A stretch of DNA of 53,688 bases from an uncultured Bacilli bacterium (lineage in GTDB: Bacteria > Bacillota_I > Bacilli_A > RF39 > UBA660), in contig CAKPPI010000002.1 in assembly GCA_934177545.1 (NCBI GenBank), positions 1-53,688 of the forward strand. Direction: 5' to 3'. Below are positions 1 to 7,667 of this stretch, piece after piece. Position 1 is the first letter of the stretch; each line of letters starts with the position of its first letter. A program made the translations under genes and the position numbers. Below the pieces are notes generated by a model. The model was not told where the DNA came from. It worked only from the letters and a program-made list of their open reading frames with translations, and ran no database searches.

Positions 1-85
1 TTGGATATAAAAATAGGTTAAAAACAATACTAGAAAAAAAGAGACAGATTATTAATACTCCATATCGATATAGAATATTCTTCAT

Positions 86-949
86 CTATTCTCCTCCAAA
101 TACTTGATAAGCATCTGTTACTACAAAGAAAGCATCTGGATCTATTAGATGAATTCCTTCTTTGAATCTATAATACTCTTTAGTTGGTATAACACTCATT
201 AAGACATTTTGATCTTTGTCTTTATAACCACCTGTTGCTTCAAATTTAGTAACTCCATGTTTCATTTCTTTTAAGATATACTCTTTAACTTCCTTATCTT
301 TTTTAGTAATTATATAAAATGCTTTAGCATCACTTATTCCTAGTAGTACTCTATCCATTGCCCAAGTAACTAGATATAAAACTATCAAGGCATACATTAA
401 TTTATTAAAGCCAAAGGCAAAGAATCCTAGTAAAACTATTGTTCCATCAGTAAATATCATTGCTTGTCCCATACCTATTATTAGTTTTTTAGAGATAATC
501 ATATTTAAAATATCAGTTCCTCCAGTAGAAAATCCAGCTTTAAAAATAAGTCCTGCTCCAACTCCTTGAAGTAGTCCACCAAAGATTGCTACTAAAAGCA
601 TCTCACTTTGATTAAAACTAACATATTTAGTTAAGAAACTTGTTAAATTAACAAAAATGGGAAATAAGATTGAACCTAAAATACTTAATTTTGTTTTTTC
701 TTTGCCTAAGAATATGTAGGACAAAACTAATAAAAATATATTAGCTATCATTATTACATAAGATTGATTAAATTTAAAGAAATGATTTAAGACGATAGAT
801 AAACCACTTACGCCTCCTGCTACTATGTTATTAGGTGAATAAAATAAATTAAAAGCAAGAGCTACTAGTAGACAACCAAAAATAAACTGAAAATATCTTT
901 TTATTTTACTATGCTGATAAATATTATTAACAATTGCCTTGGGATTCAT
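86..949 (-). CDS. YitT-family integral membrane protein with C-terminal DUF2179-like domain
   Basis: 287-aa ORF. The N-terminal two thirds are hydrophobic helices with Gly-rich GGVSG and GFSTGGTD segments. The soluble tail HGVTKFEATGGYKDKDQNVLMSVI...IDPDAFFVVTDAYQVFGGE fits the YitT/DUF2179 pattern. The start overlaps the prfB stop by 23 nt. Confidence 0.8.
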   Translation of the reverse strand: MNPKAIVNNIYQHSKIKRYFQFIFGCLLVALAFNLFYSPNNIVAGGVSGLSIVLNHFFKFNQSYVIMIANIFLLVLSYIFLGKEKTKLSILGSILFPIFVNLTSFLTKYVSFNQSEMLLVAIFGGLLQGVGAGLIFKAGFSTGGTDILNMIISKKLIIGMGQAMIFTDGTIVLLGFFAFGFNKLMYALIVLYLVTWAMDRVLLGISDAKAFYIITKKDKEVKEYILKEMKHGVTKFEATGGYKDKDQNVLMSVIPTKEYYRFKEGIHLIDPDAFFVVTDAYQVFGGE

Positions 950-2046
950 TCTTTGCTCCTTTCAAATATGCTTCCATAAATGGAGTTAAGTCTCCATCTA
1001 AAACTTTAGTTACGTTACTTGTTTCATAGGATGTTCTATGATCTTTTACCATTGAATATGGGTGCATTACATAACTTCTTATTTGTGAACCAAACTCTAT
1101 ATTCATTTGTTCTCCTTTTTCTTTAGCTAATTCTTTTTCCTTTTTTTGTTGTTCTAATACATAAAGTTTAGACTTTAGAACCTGTAGAGCTGTTTCTTTA
1201 TTTTGAATTTGACTTCTTTCATTCTGACAAGTTACTACTATACCAGTAGGAAGATGAGTTACTCTTACGGCACTATCCGTGGTATTTACTCCTTGACCTC
1301 CTGCTCCAGTTGAACGATATACATCTATTCTTATGTCCTTTTCATCTATATTTATATCTATATTTTTATCTATTTCTGGAGTAACATCAACACTTGCAAA
1401 TGATGTATGGCGTCTATTGGAAGAATCAAATGGAGATAACCTAACTAGACGATGAACACCTTTTTCTTCTTTCAAATAGCCATAAGCATAATTACCATCT
1501 ACTTTGAAAGAAACACTTTTAATACCAGCTTCTTCTCCTGCTTGATAATTATATAATGTTACTTTATAACCTTGTCTTTCACAGTATCTTAGATACATTC
1601 TATATAACATTTCTGCCCAGTCACAAGCTTCTGTTCCACCAGCTCCTGAATGAATATCAATAGTACAAGAATTAGCATCATAGTCACTATCAAATAGTAA
1701 ATATATTTCAAATTGTTCTACTTCTTCTTTTAATTTATCATAATTTTTTACTAATGTTTCTTCTAATTCATTGTCTGGTTCTAGGGATAATAGTTCTATT
1801 AAATCTAGAGCATTCTTAGTATCTCCTTTATATGAAATTATATTCTCTAAAATTGCATTTATGTTGCTAAGCTTAGAGAAAACGCTTTCTCTTAATTCTT
1901 TATTATCCCAGAATCCTTCTTCTAACTGTTTTTTTTCTAATTCTTCTTTTTCTTTTAATTTCTTATCACAGTCAAAGTAACCTCCAAAGTTCTGCTAATT
2001 TTTTATCAATCTTTTCATAATTTCTTTTTAATTCTGATAGTTCCAT
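927..2046 (-). CDS. prfB: Peptide chain release factor 2, expressed through a programmed +1 frameshift
   Basis: ORF0 starts at ATG 2046..2044 and encodes 24 codons (MELSELKRNYEKIDKKLAELWRLL) up to an in-frame TGA at 1974..1972. The +1 frame from 1973 stays open to 927. It contains the RF2 hallmarks SPF (RLSPFDSSNRRHTSFASV) and GGQ (STGAGGQGVNTTDSAVR). The track ORF 927..1610 is only its C-terminal part. Confidence 0.95.
1971..1986 (-). promoter_or_regulatory. prfB: prfB autoregulatory +1 frameshift site (SD-like GGAGG, 3-nt spacer, CTT TGA C)
   Basis: The minus strand reads TGGAGG TTA CTT TGA C. GGAGG lies at 1985..1981, slippery CTT at 1977..1975, TGA at 1974..1972 and the following C at 1971. 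This is the same architecture as the classical E. coli AGGGGG UAU CUU UGA C site. Confidence 0.9.
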
Positions 2047-2220
2047 AATAATCCCTCTTTCTATTCACATTTTAACAAATTATTTTTTATTAATCAATTA
2101 TGTGTATAAATTAGTAATTACTGCATAATATATTAGTGGGAAGGGTTCACGAATTTAGTGAAGATTCCCATTATATATAGATGATACATTAGTATCAAAA
2201 AAACAATGTAATCAAAGTGA

Positions 2221-3150
2221 TTAGATTGTTTTTTCTTTTACTTTAGCTTTCTCAGTAGCTGATACTAATGATAAATCACTATCTAACGAAGATATAATAT
2301 CTTCTTTTTTTATTTTTGATAAATCACTTTGTAATTTTTCACATTCTTCACGACTATTAGTTTCCGTATACATTTTTAGTGATGGTAATAAAATAAAGGG
2401 TTCTTTACAAATCCCTACTGTTCTTTTAATGTAGTCAAGTTGAAAATCATATTTTACTCCATCTATTATTTTTAATGTTGGCATTAATAGTCCTGTATCT
2501 TTATAATATTCATCTTTAGTTAATTTTCCAATAAATTTTACTTGTCTTTCACTATTAGAACTATTAATAGAATCAGCGGCAGTTAGTAATTGTTCTTTAT
2601 TTAGTTCTTCTTGATCATATAATAACTCACTTATTCCTCTAGCTTGATACTCTTCCCTACTATTTAATACTTTACTAGCTAGTTCTAGTGATATATTTTG
2701 TCTTAAAGCCTCATTATTAAGCAATATATTTCTCTCTGCTATTCTTTGATAACTTTCTTTTGATTTTTTTAGTAGTATTAATGATTCTTCTACCTCATCT
2801 TTTTTATGAATACTAGAACTACACATAACATCTTTCATACAATTAAGTAGGACCCCATCATCTGTTCTTGACAAGATAAAGGAATAATCTAAGATTTCTT
2901 CTTTTGATAAAAATGAATAACATAATAGTTTTCTTAGTCCCTTAGAGTATCTATTTGTTATTAAATCTTTTAATTCTTCTTTAGTAAATTTTCCTTCTTG
3001 TATGGCACTTACTGACATTAGTTCTAATATTCTTTCTATTTGTTTTTTATCAGTAGTTTCACTAAGTAATGTTACTACTAATATATCCTCTTTAGATAAC
3101 TTAACATCATATCCCATATTCTTTAATTTTTCTTCTACTTCTTTTAGCAC
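2221..3150 (-). CDS. Hypothetical protein, Lys/Glu-rich and probably helical, no recognisable domain
   Basis: 309-aa uninterrupted ORF co-directional with its neighbours. No TM segment or signal peptide, and no motif I recognise. Confidence 0.6.
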   Translation of the reverse strand: MLKEVEEKLKNMGYDVKLSKEDILVVTLLSETTDKKQIERILELMSVSAIQEGKFTKEELKDLITNRYSKGLRKLLCYSFLSKEEILDYSFILSRTDDGVLLNCMKDVMCSSSIHKKDEVEESLILLKKSKESYQRIAERNILLNNEALRQNISLELASKVLNSREEYQARGISELLYDQEELNKEQLLTAADSINSSNSERQVKFIGKLTKDEYYKDTGLLMPTLKIIDGVKYDFQLDYIKRTVGICKEPFILLPSLKMYTETNSREECEKLQSDLSKIKKEDIISSLDSDLSLVSATEKAKVKEKTI

Positions 3151-3239
3151 TTTAAACCTCCAAAATATTACTAGAAATACTATAACACATATTTAGCTAA
3201 TTATTAATTATTTTATCAAAAAAATGACCAGTTGTTGAC

Positions 3240-3770
3240 CTAGCCATTAGTTTTTGTTAATACTTTTTGATATGCCGTAGTTTCTCCTTCTTTTACACAA
3301 TCAACAAAGAACTTATTTCTCATTTTATAATATCCCTGCCAATCATTTCTTTTATTAGTTTTTATAACAGTATGTTCACTTTCAAAATCTAATTGACTTG
3401 GTGGCATAATACAGTTATGCATTTTTTCATTTTCTAAATTGACATATAATAAGAAATTATCTTTTACACTAGGAGTAGTACCAAAAGTATCTAAGTATTC
3501 TTCTAAAGTATATTTACCAATTAAAAACCAAATATCATTAGTTTCTTGTATAACACCTTGAGTATATTTTCCAAGTTCATGAATTGCAATTTCTTTATCA
3601 CTATTTAAGTTCAAACCATTTTCTAATTCTTCTTTTAAATGTAATAAATGAATATATCTCTTAACTTTAGGATTCTTTTCTAATTCTTGCATTTCTTCAA
3701 AGTTTGATCTAATTATTTCTTTTACATCTTCTATATCTAATCTTAAATTTTCTAAAATTTCTTGTTCCAT
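3240..3770 (-). CDS. Hypothetical protein, no recognisable domain
   Basis: 176-aa ORF immediately upstream of 2221..3150 on the same strand. Acidic helical N-terminus. A terminator from the upstream GNAT gene precedes it. Confidence 0.6.
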   Translation of the reverse strand: MEQEILENLRLDIEDVKEIIRSNFEEMQELEKNPKVKRYIHLLHLKEELENGLNLNSDKEIAIHELGKYTQGVIQETNDIWFLIGKYTLEEYLDTFGTTPSVKDNFLLYVNLENEKMHNCIMPPSQLDFESEHTVIKTNKRNDWQGYYKMRNKFFVDCVKEGETTAYQKVLTKTNG

Positions 3771-3917
3771 TCTATTCCCCCAATCTATAAATCTATATAA
3801 AAATTTTTACACTCAATACACTAATATACTCTAAAAGAACCATTTATATGTATAAATGGCATATTAATTATATAATAATTTCTATTTTATCACAAGTAAT
3901 TTTTGTATTTTATCTTA

Positions 3918-3960
3918 GAAAAAAAGCAAAAGCGATACATATTTTATAAGCTATGTATCA
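3918..3960 (-). terminator. Rho-independent terminator after the GNAT gene
   Basis: Minus-strand RNA reads GAUACAUA-GCUUAUAAAA-UAUGUAUC followed by GCUUUUGCUUUUUUUC. Stem arms are at 3952..3959 and 3934..3941. Confidence 0.7.
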
Positions 3961-3969
3961 TTTTTATAA

Positions 3970-4488
3970 TTATATTTCTTCAAATAAATATACATTTTCA
4001 GGTAGTTTTAGTTTTTCAAATACTCTTTGTTTTATTAATTTTCCACCCATATGTTTATAAAAGTCATTTGTAGGATTAGCTGCTAAACACCCTACTATCA
4101 TTTTTGTAAATCCCATATTTTTTAATTCTTTAATTGCCATAGCAAATAGCTTTCTACCATAACCCTGTCCTTTATAATCATTTATCAAGTATAAAGCATA
4201 CAACTCTCCACAATCATTATATTCAGCATCATCAGATACATCTACATTAATAAACCCTACTATTTCATTATTTATTTCAAGAACATATTGATGATTAATA
4301 TTCTTATCAAATTCTTTATAGAAATTATTTGCTCTTTCTTGTTCGTTTAAATAAAGATTATCTAAAAATTCATCATTTACTATACCTCTATAAGTTTCAT
4401 TCCATGCAGTTGTTACTATTCTTGCTACAGAAAAGCAGTCACTCTTTTTCATTTTTCTTATAATATAATCCATATTTTTCTCCTTCAC
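3970..4488 (-). CDS. GNAT-family N-acetyltransferase
   Basis: 172 aa. It has the acetyl-CoA binding signature YKGQGYGRKLF (Q/R-x-x-G-x-G/A) in a typical GNAT beta-alpha layout (ELYALYLINDYKGQGYG...IKELKNMGF). Confidence 0.85.
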   Translation of the reverse strand: MKEKNMDYIIRKMKKSDCFSVARIVTTAWNETYRGIVNDEFLDNLYLNEQERANNFYKEFDKNINHQYVLEINNEIVGFINVDVSDDAEYNDCGELYALYLINDYKGQGYGRKLFAMAIKELKNMGFTKMIVGCLAANPTNDFYKHMGGKLIKQRVFEKLKLPENVYLFEEI

Positions 4489-4790
4489 TATATAATGATT
4501 ATTCTTTAATTTTAATTGATACTTTTGAGCATTTTAAATATATAGTACTTTTATCTTATAAATATTTATATCCCATTAAATAAACTTTTATATCTAATAT
4601 CAATAGCTATCCTAAATAATAATAAGATAACTCTATGAGATCAGTAAGAAATAGTATCAAATTAAAATTCTAGAACTAATTTTTTATATAAATTAATTAT
4701 TAACACAATTATATATAAGTTAATTACTCTTTTCAATATATTTTCTCCTTGTAATTTTTTTGTACTTTCAAGTATATAGATACTAACTAT

Positions 4791-4819
4791 AAAAGAAAAA
4801 GGCCTTTCTATAGCCTTTC
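4791..4819 (-). terminator. Candidate terminator closing the 8780-4821 operon
   Basis: Minus-strand RNA reads AAAGGC-UAUAGAAAG-GCCUUU followed by UUCUUUU, directly after the stop at 4821. The stem is short and partly uses the U tract. Confidence 0.55.
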
Positions 4820-4820
4820 A

Positions 4821-5366
4821 TTAATTATCTTGAAGTATTATTTGTCCATCCATAATTGGTATATTTGGATAGCTTTCATCCATTAATGTGAAATTTCTAA
4901 GTGGAGCTTGAGGATTTGTTATTTCTACAGTTTGGTTTTCTACAGTCATAGTAATTGATTTAACACCATCATCAAATGTATGTCCTCCATCTCCTGCTAT
5001 TTGTTTGTAATATATTGGATTACTTCCAGTTGCAGCGAAAGGAACATTATTAAATACGGCATTACCATCCTGATTAGTAACAGCTTCTGTTCCAACTACT
5101 GTCCCTGTACTATCAGTTCTTATAAATCTTGCACCAACAATATCAACACCAGTAACAGGATCACCTGTATCAGTAACATGAAGAGTTAAAGTCCCTGTAG
5201 CACTTATAGTAAAAGCATATGTATTGGTACCTTCTACCACATTTACACTATTTGGAGTAAGAGTTGAAGAATCATATCCTCCAACTACTGCTGTAGCATT
5301 ATAAGTTCCATTAACTAACTCAATACTTCCTTTACCATTTGTTATGTTTATTGTCTGTCTTGCCAT
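4821..5366 (-). CDS. Small leaderless beta-rich protein (prealbumin/CarboxypepD_reg-like segment) with a shared C-terminal YPNI tag
   Basis: 181 aa, rich in Thr/Gly/Val/Asn, with no signal peptide or TM segment. The segment TGDPVTGVDIVGARFIRTDSTGTVVGTEAVTNQDGNAVFNNVPF resembles Cna-B/carboxypeptidase-regulatory-like beta-sandwiches. The C-terminal FTLMDESYPNIPIMDGQIILQD is shared with the upstream ORF. Confidence 0.7.
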   Translation of the reverse strand: MARQTINITNGKGSIELVNGTYNATAVVGGYDSSTLTPNSVNVVEGTNTYAFTISATGTLTLHVTDTGDPVTGVDIVGARFIRTDSTGTVVGTEAVTNQDGNAVFNNVPFAATGSNPIYYKQIAGDGGHTFDDGVKSITMTVENQTVEITNPQAPLRNFTLMDESYPNIPIMDGQIILQDN

Positions 5367-5689
5367 AATGTCATTTTACCTCCTTCTATTTTTATATTAG
5401 GATAATTCTTATCCATTAGTAAAACTGTAATGAGTTTACCATTGCTTTTATTATTAATATTTATATGATAGACTCTATTCTTTTTAGCAATTAAAGATAC
5501 TTTGATAACTGTTAAATTAGAATATATTATTAGGTTATAAAGTTCATTGTTACATATTGGTATTTTAATTCTTCCTAAATTATCAGTTTTACCTTCAAAA
5601 ACTACCTTATTACATTTATCCTTTAATTTAACATTTAATTTTACTTCTTTATCATTATAAAGTTTAATATAAATATAATCATTTTTCAT
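5348..5689 (-). CDS. Small leaderless beta-rich protein with a shared C-terminal YPNI tag
   Basis: 113 aa with no signal peptide. FEGKTDNLGRIKIPI is a prealbumin-like strand-turn motif. The C-terminus LLMDKNYPNIKIEGGKMTLWQD parallels the C-terminus of 4821..5366. The two genes overlap by 19 nt. Confidence 0.65.
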   Translation of the reverse strand: MKNDYIYIKLYNDKEVKLNVKLKDKCNKVVFEGKTDNLGRIKIPICNNELYNLIIYSNLTVIKVSLIAKKNRVYHININNKSNGKLITVLLMDKNYPNIKIEGGKMTLWQDRQ

Positions 5690-5743
5690 ATTTCACCTCA
5701 TTACACAATATTTTATAAATCAATTTAATATTTGGAAAAAGCA

Positions 5744-7621
5744 TTACTCCTCTACACTCCAAATTATTAATGTAGAATAATCCTCATCTTCTAATAAATC
5801 TTTACTCGGTTTAAGTAATAATCCTTTATCCGTAGAAAAAGTAACATTACTTACACTTATATTTCCACCATTATCACTTGATTCATATATTAGTTTCTTA
5901 TTAGTCTTTAAAATAATTTCCTCATTATCAAATTTTTTAAAAACTAATGAATCTATTAATACTTTTCCCTCTTTTTCTATCATTGGATTTGTATAATTTA
6001 AATATAGTTTCCACTTACTACTATTTATTCTACTATCAACTACTGTTACTATTGTTTGATTCTTTTTAGGTAAAATAAGTGGTTTAATAGATGACGGATT
6101 CATACTAAAAGGAATATTCTCTGTTACTCTTAAAAGGGTTAATTCTCCACTAAATGGTACTGTCACTTTTCTTTCGGTATAACAACTATTTAAACAAGAT
6201 ATTATTTTAATTCTTGTATTATCAGGAATAGTAGTATCAAGATCAGCTTCAAATAAACCATTTTCATCAGCAGTTGCTAGTAAGTTTTTACTATCATATT
6301 CTATTTTTACATTAGCATATGGTGTGGTATGACCTGATATGGTATTGGTAGAATTGAGGACTGGATGTACATTAGTTTTTAATTGTCCTAAAGTTAATAT
6401 CTTTATACCTTGAAATTTAAAACTAGTTATATCTGATATTGAGCTTAATTCACTATCAGTAAAATTGTGAGATGTAACTGTAGTAGTATCTTTACTAAAA
6501 GAGCCAGTTATTTCAGCAGGAGTATTTTCTTTATACCAGAAAAATGCAGGTTGATCATCTAGTGTACAAGCACTTGTATAATCTAGAGCATAAATCCACA
6601 TATTAATCCTTGAAAATTTAAAGGAAAAATCAACAGAATTATTGGCATATACTACATTGGCATTTTTAGTATAGATATTCACATATTTAGGATTATCTAA
6701 TATAAATTTTTGGTTTGTACCTTTAAAATAGATATTATAATTATCAGTTGGAGTAGTCATATAAGTATTTAGTACTGATATACTAGCTCCTTCTAAAACT
6801 TTAAAATCACCAAATACATTCCACATTGGGACTCGTTGATGGCTCTTTTCTATAAAAGTAAAATTAGCCATTTGTTCAATTATGACATTCCTAGCTCCAT
6901 GTGTTGTTGTAATAGCAAAACCATTTCCAGTAGTTAAAAGGAATTCTGCTCCATGTCCTACTATTAAATCAAGTCGATTAGTACCATTCATTAATTCTTT
7001 ATTAGTTGTGATATTTACATTACTATTAGGTACTATTTTAATATAAGATGGTATTACATCATTAAAGAAGAATACTGTGTTGGTAGTGGAATTACTTGTA
7101 ATTGTTGTATTTCCACCTATTATTATTCTATTAGAATCACATACTTTTTGAGCAGTTACACCATTTGTATCACTGACAGTTATAATAGAATCAATAATCT
7201 TTGTTGAACCATAGTAATTATTAGATAGTTCTATACCATTAAAATTAATATTATTATACTCAACAGTTAAGTTAGAATAATTAGGATGAGATGGCACATA
7301 AACTACGCTATAGGTATGGGAACTAACTATATTCATATTTTTAAGTATAATTCTTTTATTCGTAGTACTAACCGTTATAACATCTGTGCTATCAGTTAAA
7401 TTATTTGTATAGGTTGCTTTTATATTATTATATGTACCATCAATAGTTACTTTTGTTTTATTAGCATTTATTTTAAATCCACTCGTTAAAGTTATATCAT
7501 TACCTAAATATATATAATTATAATCATTTGTATTACTTAGTACATCTTTTAATTCTTCACTATTAGTTACTACCACTGTATTGTTATTAATTATTTCCAT
7601 ATTATCACTTTCCTTTACCAT
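5744..7621 (-). CDS. Leaderless beta-helix (pectate-lyase-like adhesive domain) / Ig-like / WxL-like domain protein
   Basis: 625 aa.
- N-terminus VVVTNSEELKDVLSNTNDYNYIYLGNDITLTSGFKINANKTKVTIDG plus long Asn/Thr/Ile-rich repeats, typical of right-handed beta-helix adhesive domains.
- aa ~425-480, GHTTPYANVKIEYDSKNLLATADENGLFEADLDTTIPDNTRIKI, looks like a bacterial Ig domain.
- The C-terminal ~140 aa carry two W-x-(L/V) motifs (SSKWKLYLNY and TLIIWSVEE) in WxL-domain spacing.
- There is no signal peptide, and only 46 nt separate it from the upstream stop. Confidence 0.7.
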   Translation of the reverse strand: MVKESDNMEIINNNTVVVTNSEELKDVLSNTNDYNYIYLGNDITLTSGFKINANKTKVTIDGTYNNIKATYTNNLTDSTDVITVSTTNKRIILKNMNIVSSHTYSVVYVPSHPNYSNLTVEYNNINFNGIELSNNYYGSTKIIDSIITVSDTNGVTAQKVCDSNRIIIGGNTTITSNSTTNTVFFFNDVIPSYIKIVPNSNVNITTNKELMNGTNRLDLIVGHGAEFLLTTGNGFAITTTHGARNVIIEQMANFTFIEKSHQRVPMWNVFGDFKVLEGASISVLNTYMTTPTDNYNIYFKGTNQKFILDNPKYVNIYTKNANVVYANNSVDFSFKFSRINMWIYALDYTSACTLDDQPAFFWYKENTPAEITGSFSKDTTTVTSHNFTDSELSSISDITSFKFQGIKILTLGQLKTNVHPVLNSTNTISGHTTPYANVKIEYDSKNLLATADENGLFEADLDTTIPDNTRIKIISCLNSCYTERKVTVPFSGELTLLRVTENIPFSMNPSSIKPLILPKKNQTIVTVVDSRINSSKWKLYLNYTNPMIEKEGKVLIDSLVFKKFDNEEIILKTNKKLIYESSDNGGNISVSNVTFSTDKGLLLKPSKDLLEDEDYSTLIIWSVEE

Positions 7622-7667
7622 AAATTATGCTAGAAAAATATTTTGAAATAATCAATTTTCATTACTT

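Noticed and set aside
927-1610. The track ORF MLYRMYLRY... treated as a stand-alone 227-aa gene.
   Set aside because: It is only the C-terminal part of prfB. The same frame stays open up to 1973 and is entered by the +1 frameshift from the ATG at 2046.
2138-2169. Hairpin GGGAAGGGTTCAC-GAATTTA-GTGAAGATTCCC between the 309-aa ORF and prfB, considered as a terminator.
   Set aside because: The stem is imperfect, and on the minus strand it is followed by ACUAAUAUAUUAU rather than a U tract. It may still be a leader or processing structure, but I cannot support a terminator call.
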